64,000 nucleotides of DNA from Takakia lepidozioides (GCA_030704615.1 CM060731.1:26288001-26352000); one strand, 5' to 3'. Counted from the first letter of the stretch, positions 1 through 14,084 are shown. Made by a program: numbers and translations. The notes: generated by a model not told the origin, from the sequence alone.

Positions 1-1345
1 TGAACATGGGCAGATTTTCCAAGTGGATGCATTGCGTTTCCGGCCAAATCTTGTGGTCTCTGGCGGCGTCCCTTATGATGAAGATAATTGGAAGACTATT
101 GGCATCTGTGATGAGACATTCACCGTATGTAGCTCTCTCTTTCTCAGTCTATCTGTTGGCTGGTATCTCTCATGGACACAACAGATGTGTTGGTGTCTGA
201 GTGTCAGTGGGCAATGCTTCCCATCCCGTCCCAAAGCTTTTACAGCGTGTGGGCTTTTCAGCATCATGTCTTCTATACATCTGAATATTGGGCATGCTTT
301 TCAGTGCCAAAATATTGTGAATATACTGTCTGCAAATACAACTGTAACCATGTGGGTCCTCACGACCCTCTATGGACGACATAAAGTTAAACATAAAGAG
401 GCGTTGACTTGGAGTTTACAAAGGCAACAGAGCCTGTCTTATGAGAGGCTACTGAATGTTATTGCTCTAGCAGTACTTATCAGATTTAATCATTTGTCAA
501 GTGCAAAGTGGTTTCAACGAACTTCTTTTTACCGTCTGATGAGTAGTTGAGCTGTTTTGTGTCTGGCAGGTGCTAGGAGGCTGCAACCGCTGCCAAATGG
601 TGAACGTTGATCAAGCTACAGGTTGCCGCCAATTACAGAGCCAGCCTCTGGCCACACTTGCATCCTATCGTCGGATCAAGGTAGGGTATAACCACATTTC
701 TCAGTAAACAGCAGGCGCCTGGTTGTACTAAAGTTAATTAACTTTGCATGTATTGTACACCTGATACTCCCACCAGGTGTCGCTGTCCAGCGGTTCTTCT
801 TGGTATATGGATGGCTGTATTTGTTCATGGCTGTGACAGCCCCCCAGAATTGTCTTTCTGTTTTGGTTGCGTGAGGATGCACACACAAAATCTATGACAG
901 TATTTCATTGGGAGTAGAAGGTAATCAGAAGCATTTATGACTCCTTTCGGCCTGTAATTCTGTACTCGTCTCTTGTAATAATTGAATGGGGGTCTTTAGA
1001 TGAACATTGTTGCAACATGCAAAGGCCTTTCTCAATTTCGTGCATGCATATTGGCCCTGTTCACTCTGCCCGGATCTAGGTCACCTCTCCTGGATGTTGA
1101 CAGGATGATTTAGTGAATTGGATGTCAATAGAGTAGTCCCCTATTTTGGCTGATTTATTATGTTGACCATGCAGGGGAAGATCATGTTCGGAATTTTACT
1201 TGTTCATGGAGAATCAGGTTTGCTGTCTCCTGAGCAAACACTACCGGCAGGCTTGGAGACTGCGTATACAAAGTGGTTGAGAGCACGATATGGAAGGCTT
1301 TTGTCAGTGGGATGTAAATTGAATGTTGAAAGGCAGGTTGCTTGA
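1..1345 (+). CDS. ABA3: Molybdenum cofactor sulfurase, last three exons (MOSC domain): <1-124, 570-680, 1175-1345
   Basis: GT-AG spliced, phase-0 joins give LRFRPNLVVSGGVPYDEDNWKTIGICDETFT|VLGGCNRCQMVNVDQATG...PLATLASYRRIK|GKIMFGILL...*, matching the plant ABA3 C-terminus. The 5' part lies outside the window. Confidence 0.9.
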
Positions 1346-1883
1346 TTGAAACGTCTGACAGTAATGAGGTGAAGAATCTAAGTGGGCCAACCACCTCCCC
1401 ATCACATAGAGGGGTTCATTAGCTTACCATTGTTGGGAGTTAAGACAACGTAGGCACCATATTGAAGTCCCGACCACTGAAAAGCTCAGCACACGGACCT
1501 CTTCAAAGATGTAGCTTCTGAAGAATTGCACAACGGTGTGATTGTAAGACCTGCTGGGGATTACTTACAATCCCATGAATTTCTTAAGCACTGAAGGTAT
1601 TTTATCATTACTCTACCCAAAGTGTTCCTACCAAGTCCGAGGGAGTTGTGAGATGTTAAGTCATGATGTGCATAGTGCGAGTATGGCTTTAACACATCCT
1701 TGAGTACAATCAACCCAACCCAGCACATGTTGGAGCAGAACACGTATAACAGATTTGCTCAAAACCGGCCCACCTTCAGCGCTTCGGCAGGATTTGTGGA
1801 GGCCTCCGTGCCGAAGCCTTATTAGCTATGATTTCGGATGGCCAATTAAGTAGCATATATATATATATATAAATTAAAGGGAA

Positions 1884-4164
1884 ACACTTGGGAGCGACAG
1901 CTCACAAATCAGGCCCCTTGATAGTGAGAGGAGAAAATAACCAGTGTTGGGCGGTTCTTGCATTTGTGAAGGAACCTTCGGTTCCGGTTCCACAATTATT
2001 TCAAGAGACGGTTCCGGATCTGGTTCCGGTTTTTTCTTATTGAGCCGGTTCCGGATCCAACTTTTAAACATGGGGGCGGTTCCGGTTACCGGTTAGTTGC
2101 TGATAAAAACCATCGGTTCCGGTTAGGTTCCGGTTCTATTTTTATTTATTTTTAAATTAATTTAATTAGATTAAAAAAATTATCAGTCCGGTAGATTAAA
2201 TAGCCGTGTATTCACATATTTGAACTAAAATCCAACGATTTTGTTAATTTTCACTAACACAAAAAAAAAACAAAAATACTCTAAATAAACTGGTAGAAGA
2301 AAATGGGTAAAATTTTATGGGTTGAAAGTCCTATTCAGCTACCTGGCAAGTATTGGCATCTTCAAACATTTTATTAATGAACTTAGCCAGGATATCATGG
2401 AGCTGGAGATTGAACCCAAGATCTCATGGCCCTGAAGCATTAACATAGAATCTCATGGCCTTCAAGCATTGAACCCAGGATCTCAGGAGCTTGAGAGCAT
2501 TAAATAAGTTTTGCCCTGGGCCCACCAGCCCCACCAAGGGGTCAAGAACCTGTTTTTATCCCCTTGCGCCGGTTCTCACACCCAGCAGGAACCGCCGGTT
2601 CGGTTCTGCGCCGATCCCCATTGGCAGGTTCCGGTTCCGGGTCAGGTTCTGTAGGAATGGGCCCGGTTCCGGTTAACCTGAACCTGAACCGGCGGTTAAC
2701 CTAGGTCCCGGCGGGTAACTGCCCAACACTGAAAATAACCTCTTTCATAGTAACCCCGCCATAAAGGGGTAGAAATGGGACACCGCCTAGCCTCTCCACT
2801 GTCCCCAGATAGTGCCAAGGGTGCCCCGGCAAAAACTGCCCGTCCTGCCACGTACTCCGTGCCATGTCGGCGAACAGCCCTCGACCTCCTCCCACCCACG
2901 CCTTGCCACGTCCTCGCCTCCTATCCGCCACGTCCTCGCTTCCCTATCCATCAGGTCGCCCCCCCACAGCCTGCTGCACGGGCTCACTTACACACTACAT
3001 TCATCCATTTTAAAATATCATTCATACATGTTATTCGCATGAATTTGATACATATGTACCATAACCCTAAAGAGAACCTTATACACATTTGTGTAAGTGT
3101 ATAACTTACATGAGCTCCTACAAAGATCTCCTCCCAGCTTGCTATACATTCCCATTCCTCCTCAAAGTCAGAGGGATAAATGAATGCCTCATTTGAAAAG
3201 TCGTCGTCATCTTCCATATTCAGATCTTAAACCCTACACCCCTAAACCCCACATTCACCTACATGTATATTAAGCGGGACTCTATGATGTAAAGAACTTG
3301 TTAGTCTATATACCCCAATTGATTTGGCCAGTTTGGGAAGGTCATGTTAAGTGAGAATGTAACTTTGAGATGATAATGTTTGACAAATGTGTCAAAGCAA
3401 ATTGTGAATCGAAGTTCAAATGCATCAAGGTCAAGAAAAAGACACAAAGACAAATGAACTTATAGATGTACACTTAACATCCACTAAACTATGTCATATA
3501 CTTTTATGATATATGTAGCTGCAAGGCGAAGTGGCTCTTAGTTACGCCGGCTTCGGCCGGAGTCTTCTCTCTCTCTCATGTATAGAATATTGACATCCAA
3601 TGTAACATTAAACCCACTTAGATGACATTCCTAAACCAATTTTTGCCTACTTCCACATATGTGTATGGCTGAATGTGTGCAAATGTGTTGACACTTTTGA
3701 CATTATGTATGAAATATCAACATGTAATATATGCCTCACAAGTCACAAGGACACCACGTCATGTAGGTGGCAGGGGAAGGCAGGCTGTGGGAGGGCGACA
3801 TGGCGGATAGGGAGGTGAGGATGTGGCAAGGCGTGGGTGAGGAAGCCTGGGTCCTGATCCCAGAATCATCTGGGTGGCTCTCAGTGCACTTAACCAACTG
3901 AGCTACTGACTGTTGGTGTAGCTTAATTGGACAATCATTAGAAAGGAGCTTTCTGTCCCTTCTTTAAAATAAGGTTGAAAATCACTTCTCAGACCGGCAT
4001 ATAGGATCCTTCTATCTAGAGGGGGGTGTGGTATGTTCTTCTCCCCCTTCCCTTCAATGGTGTCCCAATTGGACCCCTTCATGGTGAGGTTACTGTGAAA
4101 GAGGTTGTTTTCTCCTCTCACTATCAAAGGGCCTGATTTTGTGAGCTGTTGCTCCTAGGAGTGT
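1884..4164. mobile_element. Non-autonomous foldback/TIR element
   Basis: 1884-1941 plus 2740-2785 is the reverse complement of ~4059-4164 once the nested MITE is removed. A second, inner inverted pair lies at ~2890-2975 and ~3780-3845. No coding capacity. Confidence 0.65.
1942..2731. mobile_element. hAT-like MITE
   Basis: TIR CAGTGTTGGGC.GTT / AAC.GCCCAACACTG, 8-bp TSD AAAATAAC (1934-1941 and 2732-2739), GGTTCCGGTT subterminal repeats, AT-rich core. Confidence 0.88.
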
Positions 4165-4582
4165 GGATTGTCCTCACAAGATACCAATTTCCGGGCACAT
4201 GAAACTGGTTCTTGGTGTCCAAAACAGTCCAGGTTCCATTTCTGGTTTCCGCTAACCACCACCGGCCCCAAAAACAAGTAGGACCATAGACATATTAATT
4301 AATAGAGGGAGGACTCAGTGAATACAGTGATAGATTAGAATTAGAGATTAGGAATAAGCCCCCCAAATATGGGAGGGTATCATTTATTTCAAAATAATAC
4401 CGGACCAAAGACACACACACATATATATATATATACTGAACGGGAAGTCCTCCCATTTCTTTTGAAAGAAAAAAAACCGGAAGCGTGGGTATAGTGATAC
4501 CCAGCAACCCTACTTTTTTCCAGTCTTGGCTCAAAATAAGAGCTCAAGATAAATGAAGATTTTGAGTAGAGAAAGGATCTTG

Positions 4583-7528
4583 TCAAGCAGTCAGGATTTT
4601 GGGCAAGATGAGCTGATTTCCCCCCAAGATGTTGGCGATGGTGTCAGGGAAGAACTTGCAGCCATCAAGAGTGGTAAGCTTCGCATCTGGTGTGATAGTT
4701 TGTGGGTAGGTCATCAAATGCCCCTTCATGTCTGTGATGGGCCCCGGCCTTGAGAATTCTTCCCAGTATTGATCTGCGATTTCTCTTACTCTCTTCATGC
4801 ATTCCACTGTCCATGGCCGATCAAACACTTCCTCGTGTAGTCCGAGGTGTTCAGACCACAAAGAGGATCGGAAGCCATAGACTCCTGCACGAGGGTGGCC
4901 ATCGTGTGACATGCCCATTGTGTGGTGGGGCTGGAAGGCCCCCATAGCTATCTCCGTATCTCGACCACCGTCCATCGATCGCTGGTTGATATTTGCCGAT
5001 CCAATCACCAGGTACTCGTCATCAACTGCCAAATCATAAAAATATACATGACAGGATTAAGTCTCTGACAATGTGTAGACTGGGAGATGAAGACAATCGA
5101 AAGAGAGCCTAGGTTACTTAACAACCTCTAGCCAAAGAGAGAGAGAGACTTAATAACACATTTCCAGGGAGCCACATAGCCTGTGGGACAGACACAGAGA
5201 AATTGAGGCACTCACCAACCATCATTTTGGCATGCACATAGACCATGAAACGCCTGTTGTCTTGTGCTTTCTGGTACATGCTGCCTTCATTTGGCTTTTG
5301 TTCCGGCACCAATTCATTCAGGTCAATGGTCTCCCTGTTACCCAAACAAAAGAAACTGAGGTGGTCCGAAGGAAGTTCATTGACGCGGTTTGTCTCCTTC
5401 AGAGCTCTGGCTATGATACCATACATCATCTCTTTAGTCTTTCGATGCAAATGAAGGATGTCTTGAACTGTAGCACTTGTAGGTACCCCGTCAGGCCATA
5501 GGGGCACGACAATGTACACACTAAACTGTTCTCCAGCATGAATCTTGCTTGCAATTTTCAGGGCTATCTCTAGGGGAATCAGATTTGGAATAGAGTCATC
5601 ATTTTTGGAATCCCAAGCATGGGAGCTTCCCAGGAAGTACTGATTTTCAAGGTAGAGGAAACGTTTGGCTCGGCGTATGGCACTGATATATGCATCTTCG
5701 ATACTCCTGTCTGCCAAATTGCCGGCGCCTTGCCGCATCAACCCTGCTTTGAGACAATCACTTATATTCTCAGGAAAGCCCACGGCTGAGGTGTCATCAA
5801 TTGACCGAAAGAGCTGCACATTCCATGTTTCGGTATCGTCTTCCTGTGTTACAGCAGAAGGTGGACAGAATGGGTCTATCTCGTCAATAGGTACTAGCAG
5901 GTGTGCTTTTTCATTATCAACCTGTTTCAACCACCTCAGTGTGAAATTCTTGTGCATGTCCCAAGCTATGGGTCCCTCTAGCTTGGAGTAGATGTCATGC
6001 CAAGGCTCGCGAGGTCCCCCCATCTTCAAGCTAGCCTGCTCAATGCTACTCTGGTGAAAATCATCCTTGAACAAAGTATTGAGGTACCTAAAGAGTGTGT
6101 GGGAGGGGGTATCATACCTGCCATCACAAAGATCTATACCTCCCTCAAACGCAACCAGCCGCCGCTGACTAGAATTGTACGGAGGAAGAGCTGGGGCATC
6201 CACAACTACTGCCTTTTGGTGATGTGTGAAGAAAAAACCCTTAGCTAGATCGAAATTTAACGCACTTGGATTGCGAGGGCAAAGCACACACTCAACTTTG
6301 GTGTCCCTAAAATAGGCAAGGGTGTCTTCATCATGGGTGTGCATGATGCCTGACCCCAAAAAAGGTAGCTCCAAGTTGTCAGTTTTGTCATCCCATACCA
6401 GCAACAACACCCGAACACCCTCAAGTGCCTTCCGTGTAAGAAGTCTTCCAAGCGTTTCACCCAAGTTCCCAGGCACATCACTGCCTGATGGGTCACGGAC
6501 AAGACGGATCTTTGCATTCACAGACCACCCAGCAATGTAGACGAGGTGTTGAGCATGCTCTATGGCATGGTAGACGTCCTCCCAAGCTTTTGCAGGCTGG
6601 TAAAATTCCCCATTTCCCAGCACAACATTTGGCGAGAACACATCATCTATGTGGGCATTTTGATAGGGAGTCACTTTGCACCCCTTCCTCAGAGGGAAGA
6701 AGGTATGAGGAACACCTTCAAAAGCACCACCAGCCACACCAGAATCCCAGTACTTGTCAAATCTTGCTTGCACAAATTCAAGGAGGATATGAATACTTGC
6801 TGTTCCCTCAAGATCACCCTCAAGGTTGAACCACCCGTCCACCTTTTCTCCTTTAAGGATATTATCAGAAACCGGAATCATCGCTTTCCCCAAAGATACT
6901 GCTCCAGAGTAGACATATACGTCAATAGAAGAAACTTCATGTGCACAAAAGATCCTGAAGGATTCTTGCCAGCTTACTGTATGCTTTCTCTCTTGAGATG
7001 AAGTTCTGGCCACTTTCACTGGCGCAAGCTCAATGGCTGCAACTACGCCCCCAAGGATGTTGTCAATGGTCTGCAATACCTCTACCAATTATCAGCTCTG
7101 TACTGAGGAGGACATGGATAAGACCTGTTAAAACACATTTACACACTCACAGTGGTAACAAACTGATCACACCTCCCTGTCTCTGTCTCTCGCTCTCTAC
7201 CCCCTGCTACCCCTCTCTCCCTCTCCCACAGTCTGTGGACAGGATATGCATCGGCGTAGATAACTGACGAGAGGTATGTGTTGAGGATTCCAACTAATTC
7301 GAAGCTGCACATAGCTCAAACATGTAGAAAGCAAAATTCAAATACCTGCAAGAACCTCGGGATTCTCGATGTATCCATTTCTACAATGGTGATGTTTAGG
7401 ATTCCGTGAAGCAAAGTCGACTTTGTTGGCAGGACCCCATTTGCAAGAGGAGTATGGTACTGCCTGCGGGGGGGATGGGGATAGCAACTACAGCATACCC
7501 GCACAGATTTAGCGTAACAATTTCCCAT
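4583..7528 (-). CDS. PLD: Phospholipase D, C2-domain (PLD-alpha-like) class; exons 7528-7346, ~7070-5216, 5025-4583
   Basis: C2 start LLHGILNITIVE; two HKD motifs (THHQKAVVVD, and YVHAKMMV|VDD across a phase-1 GT-AG intron); GGPREPWHDI; YLENQYFLGS; GSANINQRSMDGGRDTEIAMG; C-terminal LPKILT. The exon-2 acceptor at 7070 is inferred, because the acceptor at 7124 leads into in-frame stops. Confidence 0.92.
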
Positions 7529-8516
7529 GGCAGCTCACTTCTCCCACAACTCTGCTACATCAGGCTGCGCAAAAGGGTTGCGAGTTGATGCTGATGTAGT
7601 CTAAGCTGCACACACATTTATAAGAATCGTTCATGTAGCATTGTGATTGCTGAGCGAGGTACATTGTCTTCAAGGAATCTCATTCACAGGGTCATTGCAG
7701 CTAGAAATCCCAACTCGACTACAATTCTAACGATCTCTGCGTCCATTGGCCCTCTGAGCTGTGTGTGGAGTAGTATGCTATGTAAAAAACTGGACGGTAA
7801 AGTCTTCTTTCTTTCTCTGCTTAGCAAGTGGTCAAGAATTGGCATGGGTACATTGCTATGAAAGCGTAAATAGTATCCGGACTTACAGGTGGTATTATGA
7901 CGAGACTCAGTTTCAACGAGTGTAGCTTGTGCAATGCCAATCTGCGTGAGATTGCTGGAGCTCGCCACGACTTCCTGTCGTCTCAAGAAGTGCTTCCCAG
8001 AAAGTAACCGGGTATCGTAAATGCAGTCTACAAACGACATGCTGCTACGAAGGGGAACAGCGATTGCGAGGACCCAATCTACAAAATGCTAACGTGACAG
8101 CAAGTATGTATGTAAGTGTGGCAGTATCGGGAAGTCGAGCAAGCAAGCCCAGAGATCGATGAGATTGGAAGCAAAGTATGCGCATCAAAACCGGGATCCA
8201 TCAGTCCCGGGAATATGCTGAGGGCATTGCTTGTGTGCCACTCCCAAGTAACTCCCTGTCAGTACTCTTTCTTTCCCTGTCGTGGTGAACACAGCACCTC
8301 ATCAAGCAGGCTAACTTAATGGTGGGCTAGTGGAACCATCTGCTTATCCTGCATACTTAGAGTGTAAGCCCACTTTAGACTACTGTCCAAGACCAGCTCA
8401 AACTGCACTGGTCCTATTGGTTGAGGGCGGATTTTGTTTGTGGCATATTGGGTTTAGGGACCAAGAAAGGGTTTGGAGCACTAACTTCTTCATCCATCTG
8501 CATATTATGAGATAGG

Positions 8517-9119
8517 ATGAATGTTCCTCATGTTAGTCCAAAAGTGATGGCTGGGGTGGCTGCACAGTATTTCACTAATCTCTTCGATCGCCCTCCCGTG
8601 TCGGAGGACATTCTCTCTAGCAAGGCTACAGTCTTGGAATCAATCCCTTGTATCCTTTCCCCCCATGACATTTCTAAGCTCAATGAGCCCTTTTCGGAGA
8701 TGGAACTCGTGCTAGCCCTAGAAAATTTGGCTTCTCTCAAATCCCTAGGATTGGATGGACTCCCGGTGGAGTTCTTCAAATCCTTGTGGGATGTGGTCTA
8801 TGAGGATTTCCTTCTCATGGCAAACGATGTACTGGCCAAAGGCATTATGCCCTCCTAGCTTTCTCAAAGGATGATTGCCTTATTTTTTTTAAAAAGGATC
8901 GTGAGAGGATTACCAACTACAAACCCATCACCTTGCTTAATTCTACTTACAAGATATTAGCTAAGGCCGTGGCCATGAGGCTTCAACCCTTTTTGCCTAG
9001 GCTTGTTCGGCCAGAGGAGACCGGGTTTATGCAGAATAGAATGATCCTAGATAATGTTATTTTATCCATTAAAGCTCTCCACTTAGCCCGGCTTTGAGAT
9101 TAGCCTCTCGCATTGCTAA
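8517..9119 (+). mobile_element. Degenerate LINE (L1/Tx1-like) ORF2 fragment, start of the RT domain
   Basis: KSLGLDGLPVEFFKSLW...NYKPITLLNSTYKILAKAVAMRLQPFLPRLVRPEETGF..NRMILDNV, with a stop and a frameshift. Cut at 9120 by an LTR. Confidence 0.85.
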
Positions 9120-10283
9120 TGTCGCGCACCTCACTTCGGTAAGCTCCCCTTCAAGTCATAGTTACTCGCTTTGATGCGCACGCCTAACTCCCAAACTGGC
9201 CGCCGGGCCAACTCGGAGCTTCGGCTGCTCACCGGGACATAATGGCCCCCATTTTTTTCTCCACAAGACCCTCGCTCACTTTGGGCCTAGTGGAAATTCC
9301 CTTTGGTTGTTGGCAGTCCGGAACAACTCCCCACACCTTGGTCGCTTTCCAGCTCGCACGCTTACTCATTAGTTTTTTGGTCACCAACGGGCTTGCACCG
9401 TTCTCGGGGTTACTACTCTCTATATATACTTCTGTGACTGTCCGCGGGGGTTTCACAAACAACCCAGTCATTTTATGGCGAACCACCACAAAGACCCTGG
9501 ATTCCCGGTGATGAGTCGCGGTGAGTCTTGGCCCACCCACCACGGCCCCATTGGACCGTGATGAGTCCCAAGACTCCCCACGACTCCCACCACAAGGTCT
9601 CCGCCCCATGGTGATTCTTATGCCACCCCCACTAAGACCCACTAAGCTACCACCACCCCTCGTGGACCCACCCCCACCGCAACCCGGTGTGCGGGGCTTC
9701 ACCTAGTAAGCGCCTCCGCCCTTTTGAGTGCCTTGGGCAATCAAGGGTGCTTCAGCCCCCGTACCTATTGTTGCCACTGCCCCCACCACAGGGGCAGCCT
9801 CTCTTGTGTCCTGACCCCTTGCCCTCAAGGCAAGGGACCGCGACACACACCCCTACCAACAGAGAGTCGATGTCCTCATCGACTTGTTCATTTTGTAGAA
9901 AAACTAATATCCAAGTTGTGGCGTCCCACATCAAGGAGTTTGTTTCCATACCATGGCGTCCCATGGCAAAGAACCAAACCCCACACTTGACTCTACTCTC
10001 CACTAGCTAGTTTGGCCGATTTCCTCCAAATCTCGGCCAAGGGTGGAGCATCTCAAGCTCCACCCAGTGCACTCTTCTTGGCCCACTTCAAGGCCAATGA
10101 ACGATCATCCCCGAGGATCAAATCGCCTTACTGCAACAACATTGCTTGCGACCGCTCATGATGTCGCTTTTGGCATCACCTTGAACCCCTTTTTGACTAG
10201 GAAAATAACCTTCAACCAACCGCGCGCCCCAATCACTACAATTGGGTCCGCCTTGGAATGTTGGCTTGAGGTACGGGAACACG
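9120..10283 (-). mobile_element. Ty3/gypsy Gy-A 3' LTR (9120-9845) with PPT and a short internal remnant
   Basis: TG...CA ends; reverse-complement homologue of the LTR at 41129-41842; G-rich PPT (GGTAGGGGTGTGTG) directly upstream on the - strand. Confidence 0.85.
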
Positions 10284-13200
10284 CGGACTGTGACGGGCTG
10301 TGTATCCCCCCCTAAAGTGCGCTGCTGTCACCCCTAAGGCTCCCGTTGGTCTCCGTCTGTGCAAAAATTAAGGGTACCCCACATATCCCGTAAAAGTGCC
10401 TAAGTCCCAGACAGTCCTCTAACATTACCCATTTCCCTCTCAAAAAGCCGTGTCCTCACGGTTTACTGTTTGGGATTTGTAACCCTTTGTGAGCGAGCAC
10501 CCTTCTGACGGTTAGAGTCTCGTGAAGGACTCCGTGTGCGAGCCCGTGTCCTGTCACTGGTTGAGGGAGATGATTGAACACTACCTGGATATGTGAGTCC
10601 TTCTAGAGGCTGATATCGAGGTAATCTTTCAGGCATAGGAGACCCCCGTCGCTTCTTCTCTGCCATCTGAATTGCATAGTCCTCTGCCATGTCAAAAGAG
10701 TCCGCTGAATAAACAGTTGTATCAGAATCCTCGTCCCCCCTGAGGTGTTTTAACTGTCGAACTCTAACTGGAATTCTCTGGGGCATACAATGTTGTCCCA
10801 CCATGTCTGGAAGTTTAAACTGTAAAACTTGTTGTAAGCGCTGAATTGCAAAATTGGTGAAGACCTGAGCTCCTTGTCTGTCCAGATGAGTGGGGTACCA
10901 ATGACTTGTGAATTGTGCAAGTATTTCCATGCCTCATGTCCCTTAAAGAAAATATCGTCAGGGCCGAATTTCTGTGTTGACAAATTGTTCCAGGCCGCAT
11001 GAAACCATGAACGAATCTGAGAATCCTTTTGCATCATAACTTTTGCCTCATATAGGTACATATGAGGTGGCACTGAAGATAAGACCCAATGATCCCCACT
11101 GGAATAACTCATAAAGCGCGTTTGCATCTTCTGCTGCTCAATGTGATAACGTACCAGAAAACAAGCAGCGTAGTATAACCCGCAGCCCATGACAATACTT
11201 GCTACCTCTTTGGTCTTGGTATAAATGAATCCATGTACAACTTGGAAGGCAATTAATTCCTTCAACATGGTACTTGCTTCATGCCAGTACTGTGGAAAGT
11301 GATGATCCTCAATTGGTCAATTGTTCGGAAGAACTTTAGTCCTAGTTGCCACTGGCAGCCAAATGCGCATGATTTGATAGTAATGTGCCAACGACTGCGG
11401 AGGACTAAATTCCTTCCAAGCCAAATCCAACACAATCGGAATTTGGTTGAAGGGCATAATCATAGCCCGACTGTACTCCCGTGCAGCTGGAGTTTTAGGT
11501 GGGTTAAAAGCAGCATTCCCCCATACCTCAGGCTGTGGTGGCTGTGGTGTGGCTGTAGTAACAACAGGGTCAGCTACTGGCACAGTGACTTGTTGTGGTG
11601 TTGGTGGCACTGGCTCTTGTACCATTGGCATCTCCTGCACCCCCTGTGAAGAAGACTGAAAAGCCAAAGTTCTCGCTTGTAAATAAGAAGCCATTAGCTG
11701 TTCCTCAGGTACACAGACTCTCTTGTCGATATTTGAAGTGAGGTCCTCCACTTGAGTCTGTAGGCCGTCTACATCCTCCTGTAACTCCGCTATCCTACTA
11801 TAGACATTGTCTATAGTAGTTGTGGCAATGTTCTGCACTTGCAGTCTGAGCTAATTCATCTCGCTTTGGGTGAGCTTTTGTGGTGCTTTGCCCTCCACCG
11901 GCCCTTGTGCTAACCAGACCTGCATAAGGTGGTTATCCACCAAGTTGCTTGTGGCACCCCTTAGAGTCTGCTCCTCTGTGAGCCTGTACACATCTATCTG
12001 CTACTGTAAAGCCTCCATGTGCTTCGCATGAGATTCAACCAAACTCGCATAGGCAGCAGCCAGATTATTGGCTTCCTTCCAAGCCTTGTTAGCCACAGAG
12101 AGTTCATTTCTATTTACCATGAGCAATTGTTGCAACTCCAGGATGTACATCTCTTGGTCAGCTTCAACCTGCCTGTATTGCTTGAAAGTATTCTCATTGC
12201 GACAGATTGTATTTTTCATATCGACAATGAGTTTCACTTGCTCAACATTCTCTGCCTCTGCCTTCGTACATCTTTCCGCTTGACTGTTTATTTCTATTGT
12301 AGCTTGGTCAAACATAGTTGTGAGTGTAGCACATTGTATGGTCATCCTGTCATGCATTGTCTGCAACTCCGTATGTAGTGCATTCACTTCTTGCAACTTG
12401 CTTTCATGCTTCACCTGCATTTGGTATAGTGTTGCTTATGTGCTTCGTGTAACTGGTCTTGCGCAAGGCCTGCCTCAATCAATTGTTCATTGGCCAATTG
12501 CAAAGCCGCTTCTGTACTCTCTAAGTCTTGCTGCATCTTGAGAGTGACCTCTTCATCGACCTTGTTTGCACACTCAGTGGCAAGTCGAGCCTCAAACTCC
12601 TTCCTGAGTTCCTCCCTCAAAGCTGCCAATTGGGTAGTTGGAACATGGGATTTGACATAAGTACCCACCAAATTAAGTGTCATGCTTATGGAACTCATAA
12701 GCATGGCCTGTTGAGGGTCATCATGGTGAGCTTGCTGCTGTTCTCCCTGATCCTCAACAGTGTGATGCCTCACGAACCACTCAGGCCATTGCCCCACCAG
12801 ATTTTCTTCCTGAACCACTTCATCCGTCACCGGTGCTGCAGTGTCTTGACATTCTACCTTTGGTACCTCCGTCACAGGTGTGTGTATTATATGCACCGCA
12901 GGGTTTCCCCTGGACAACCGTTGCACCTCCGGAATCACTGTTTCCCTGACCAGACCAAAATTTTCATAGAGAAGGTCCCCCTTCTCAATTTCTGCCACCA
13001 CCTGTTCTGTAGTGAGAATATCTAACCCTTCTTTCTCCAAATCAATTATTTCTGGTGGAACTGCATGGACAACTTGTGGTAACTCTGTGACAAGCCGATC
13101 ATCTGGCTGTGATGGCTGTGATACTGAAGTAACTTCCTCTTCCCTCTCTGAAGGTCTTGCTTCCAATAATAACAGCTCTCTGTGCTGCTGTGCCCCTTCC

Positions 13201-14084
13201 TGCACAAGAGCTTGGGAAACATTATCATGCGGTTTTCGTGAAGCCAGTGGATCCGCCACTACAGTTTTTCCCCGCCTTTGTCTCTTAGTTTGGGGTTGCC
13301 CTGCCAGTCCACCCTCATTGTGTGAAGAGCCTTGTTCTTCCATTGCAGTGGTTTCAGTCTCAAACACTCCCATCTCCTTTCTTTCCCGAGCATCAAGTAT
13401 GCAAGAATCAAGAATTATTTGAGCAATGATTGGGCCAGACACTATGATAGGAGACTTTGCGGCAGTGTCCTGTAATCTTTTCATCTCCTCTACCAGTGCG
13501 TTGTACATTATGTCCGCCCATGCTACCTCTTCTCCTCTCAGGGCTTTGAGTATCTCCTCTGTGAAGGATCTGTTCAAATACTGTTGGTTTTGTTTCATGG
13601 CAAACAGAACGTTCAATACCCGGCCTACCTCCCTTAGCCCTGGGTAGACGGCCTTGGTACAAGCATAACCTTGAGTTTTAAAGAAACTCTCTTCTTGGAA
13701 TAAGTCCCCTATTTGCAGTCTTGCCCTGTGCTCCTCCACATGCACCTGACGTGATGGCAATTCAAACAATTGTTGTAGGTATAGGGGAGTAATTTCTAAT
13801 TCAACTCCCTTCACCGTTGTTGCTCCTGTCCTAGGCTCAAAGTTCTGCAAGAATTGTAACATGTACTGTCTATGGTGCAATGTCCAATATTTGTTTTGCA
13901 ATCCTTCCAATCGCAGCTCCTTCAGTAACTGTACCGCCTGTGGAGTAGCAATCGTTTGTTTCTGCAGGATTGTGGTGCTCTTCACCCTGATTTCTTCCAT
14001 TCCTCTCACTCTCTTCATTCTAGACCCACAGAAAGGTTTTGGCTGTAACAATTGAAGAAATGCCTGCAGGGCACAAAGCATAAA
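10284..14084 (-). mobile_element. Ty3/gypsy Gy-B 3' portion: extra ORF, PPT (10425-10440) and truncated 3' LTR (10284-10424)
   Basis: The LTR start TGTTAGAGGACTG matches 36420-36559; PPT GAGGGAAATGGG; 10578-14084 is a diverged copy of 55678-59163, which lies downstream of an integrase. Confidence 0.85.
10463..14081 (-). pseudogene. Gy-B extra ORF (plant-transposon-protein-like N-terminus, coiled coil, unknown C-terminal domain), frameshifted
   Basis: Chain of ORFs 14081-12411, 12420-12001, 11838-11317, 11268-10750 and 10930-10463, collinear with the second copy at 59321-55678. Confidence 0.75.

Noticed and set aside
1778-1820. Small GC hairpin (GCTTCGGCA...TGCCGAAGC) as a Helitron end
   Set aside because: No CTRR terminus at the expected distance and no other Helitron features.
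9229-10010. Several ORFs in the LTR (also 41087-41741)
   Set aside because: GC-rich LTR sequence; the reading frames are not conserved between the two LTR copies.
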